Program-made: the position numbers and the translations under genes
Source of the DNA: Hypanus sabinus
Taxonomy: Eukaryota
Direction of reading: 5' to 3'
Assembly: GCF_030144855.1 (NCBI RefSeq)
Contig: NC_082726.1
Location: 61,318,001 to 61,382,000 of the forward strand
Length of the DNA stretch: 64,000 nt
In this document: in pieces, positions 63,921-64,000 of the stretch
Numbering within the stretch: the stretch's first letter is position 1
Layout: every line of letters begins with the position of its first letter
The notes under the pieces: model-generated
What the model was told of the DNA's origin: nothing
The model's database searches: none
What the model saw: only the letters and a program-made list of their open reading frames with translations

Positions 63921-64000
63921 TACGTACATTAATTATACGTTTACTTTGAACTTTGAACTTTAACTATGTTCCCAACTGACATCCTCCTGTACTATTTCTT

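Overview
This is eukaryotic, intron-rich vertebrate genomic DNA. The repeat landscape (CR1 LINEs, V-domain tRNA SINEs, Penelope-like elements, Tc1 MITEs) points to a cartilaginous fish, probably a ray or shark; that assignment is inference. The window holds the conserved retinal gene block CDHR1(+)-LRIT2(-)-LRIT1(-)-RGR(+): the last three canonical coding exons of CDHR1, complete LRIT2 (3 coding exons, 564 aa), complete LRIT1 (4 coding exons, 662 aa) and RGR exons 1-2. All splice junctions are GT-AG with compatible phases. The most notable observations are: (1) a second, paralogous transmembrane-plus-tail exon (12497-12715) in the last CDHR1 intron, suggesting alternative membrane anchors/cytoplasmic tails; (2) an 84-bp near-identical intronic copy of the CDHR1 stop-codon region; (3) minimal hammerhead-ribozyme motifs carried by Penelope-like repeats; (4) a Tigger-like DNA transposon containing a 28S rDNA 5' fragment; (5) a Chapaev3-like transposon 90 bp after the CDHR1 stop; (6) solo LTRs with clean target-site duplications. 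Gene and repeat identities come from recalled family sequences, not from database searches. Repeat boundaries are approximate unless TSDs or TIRs are given.
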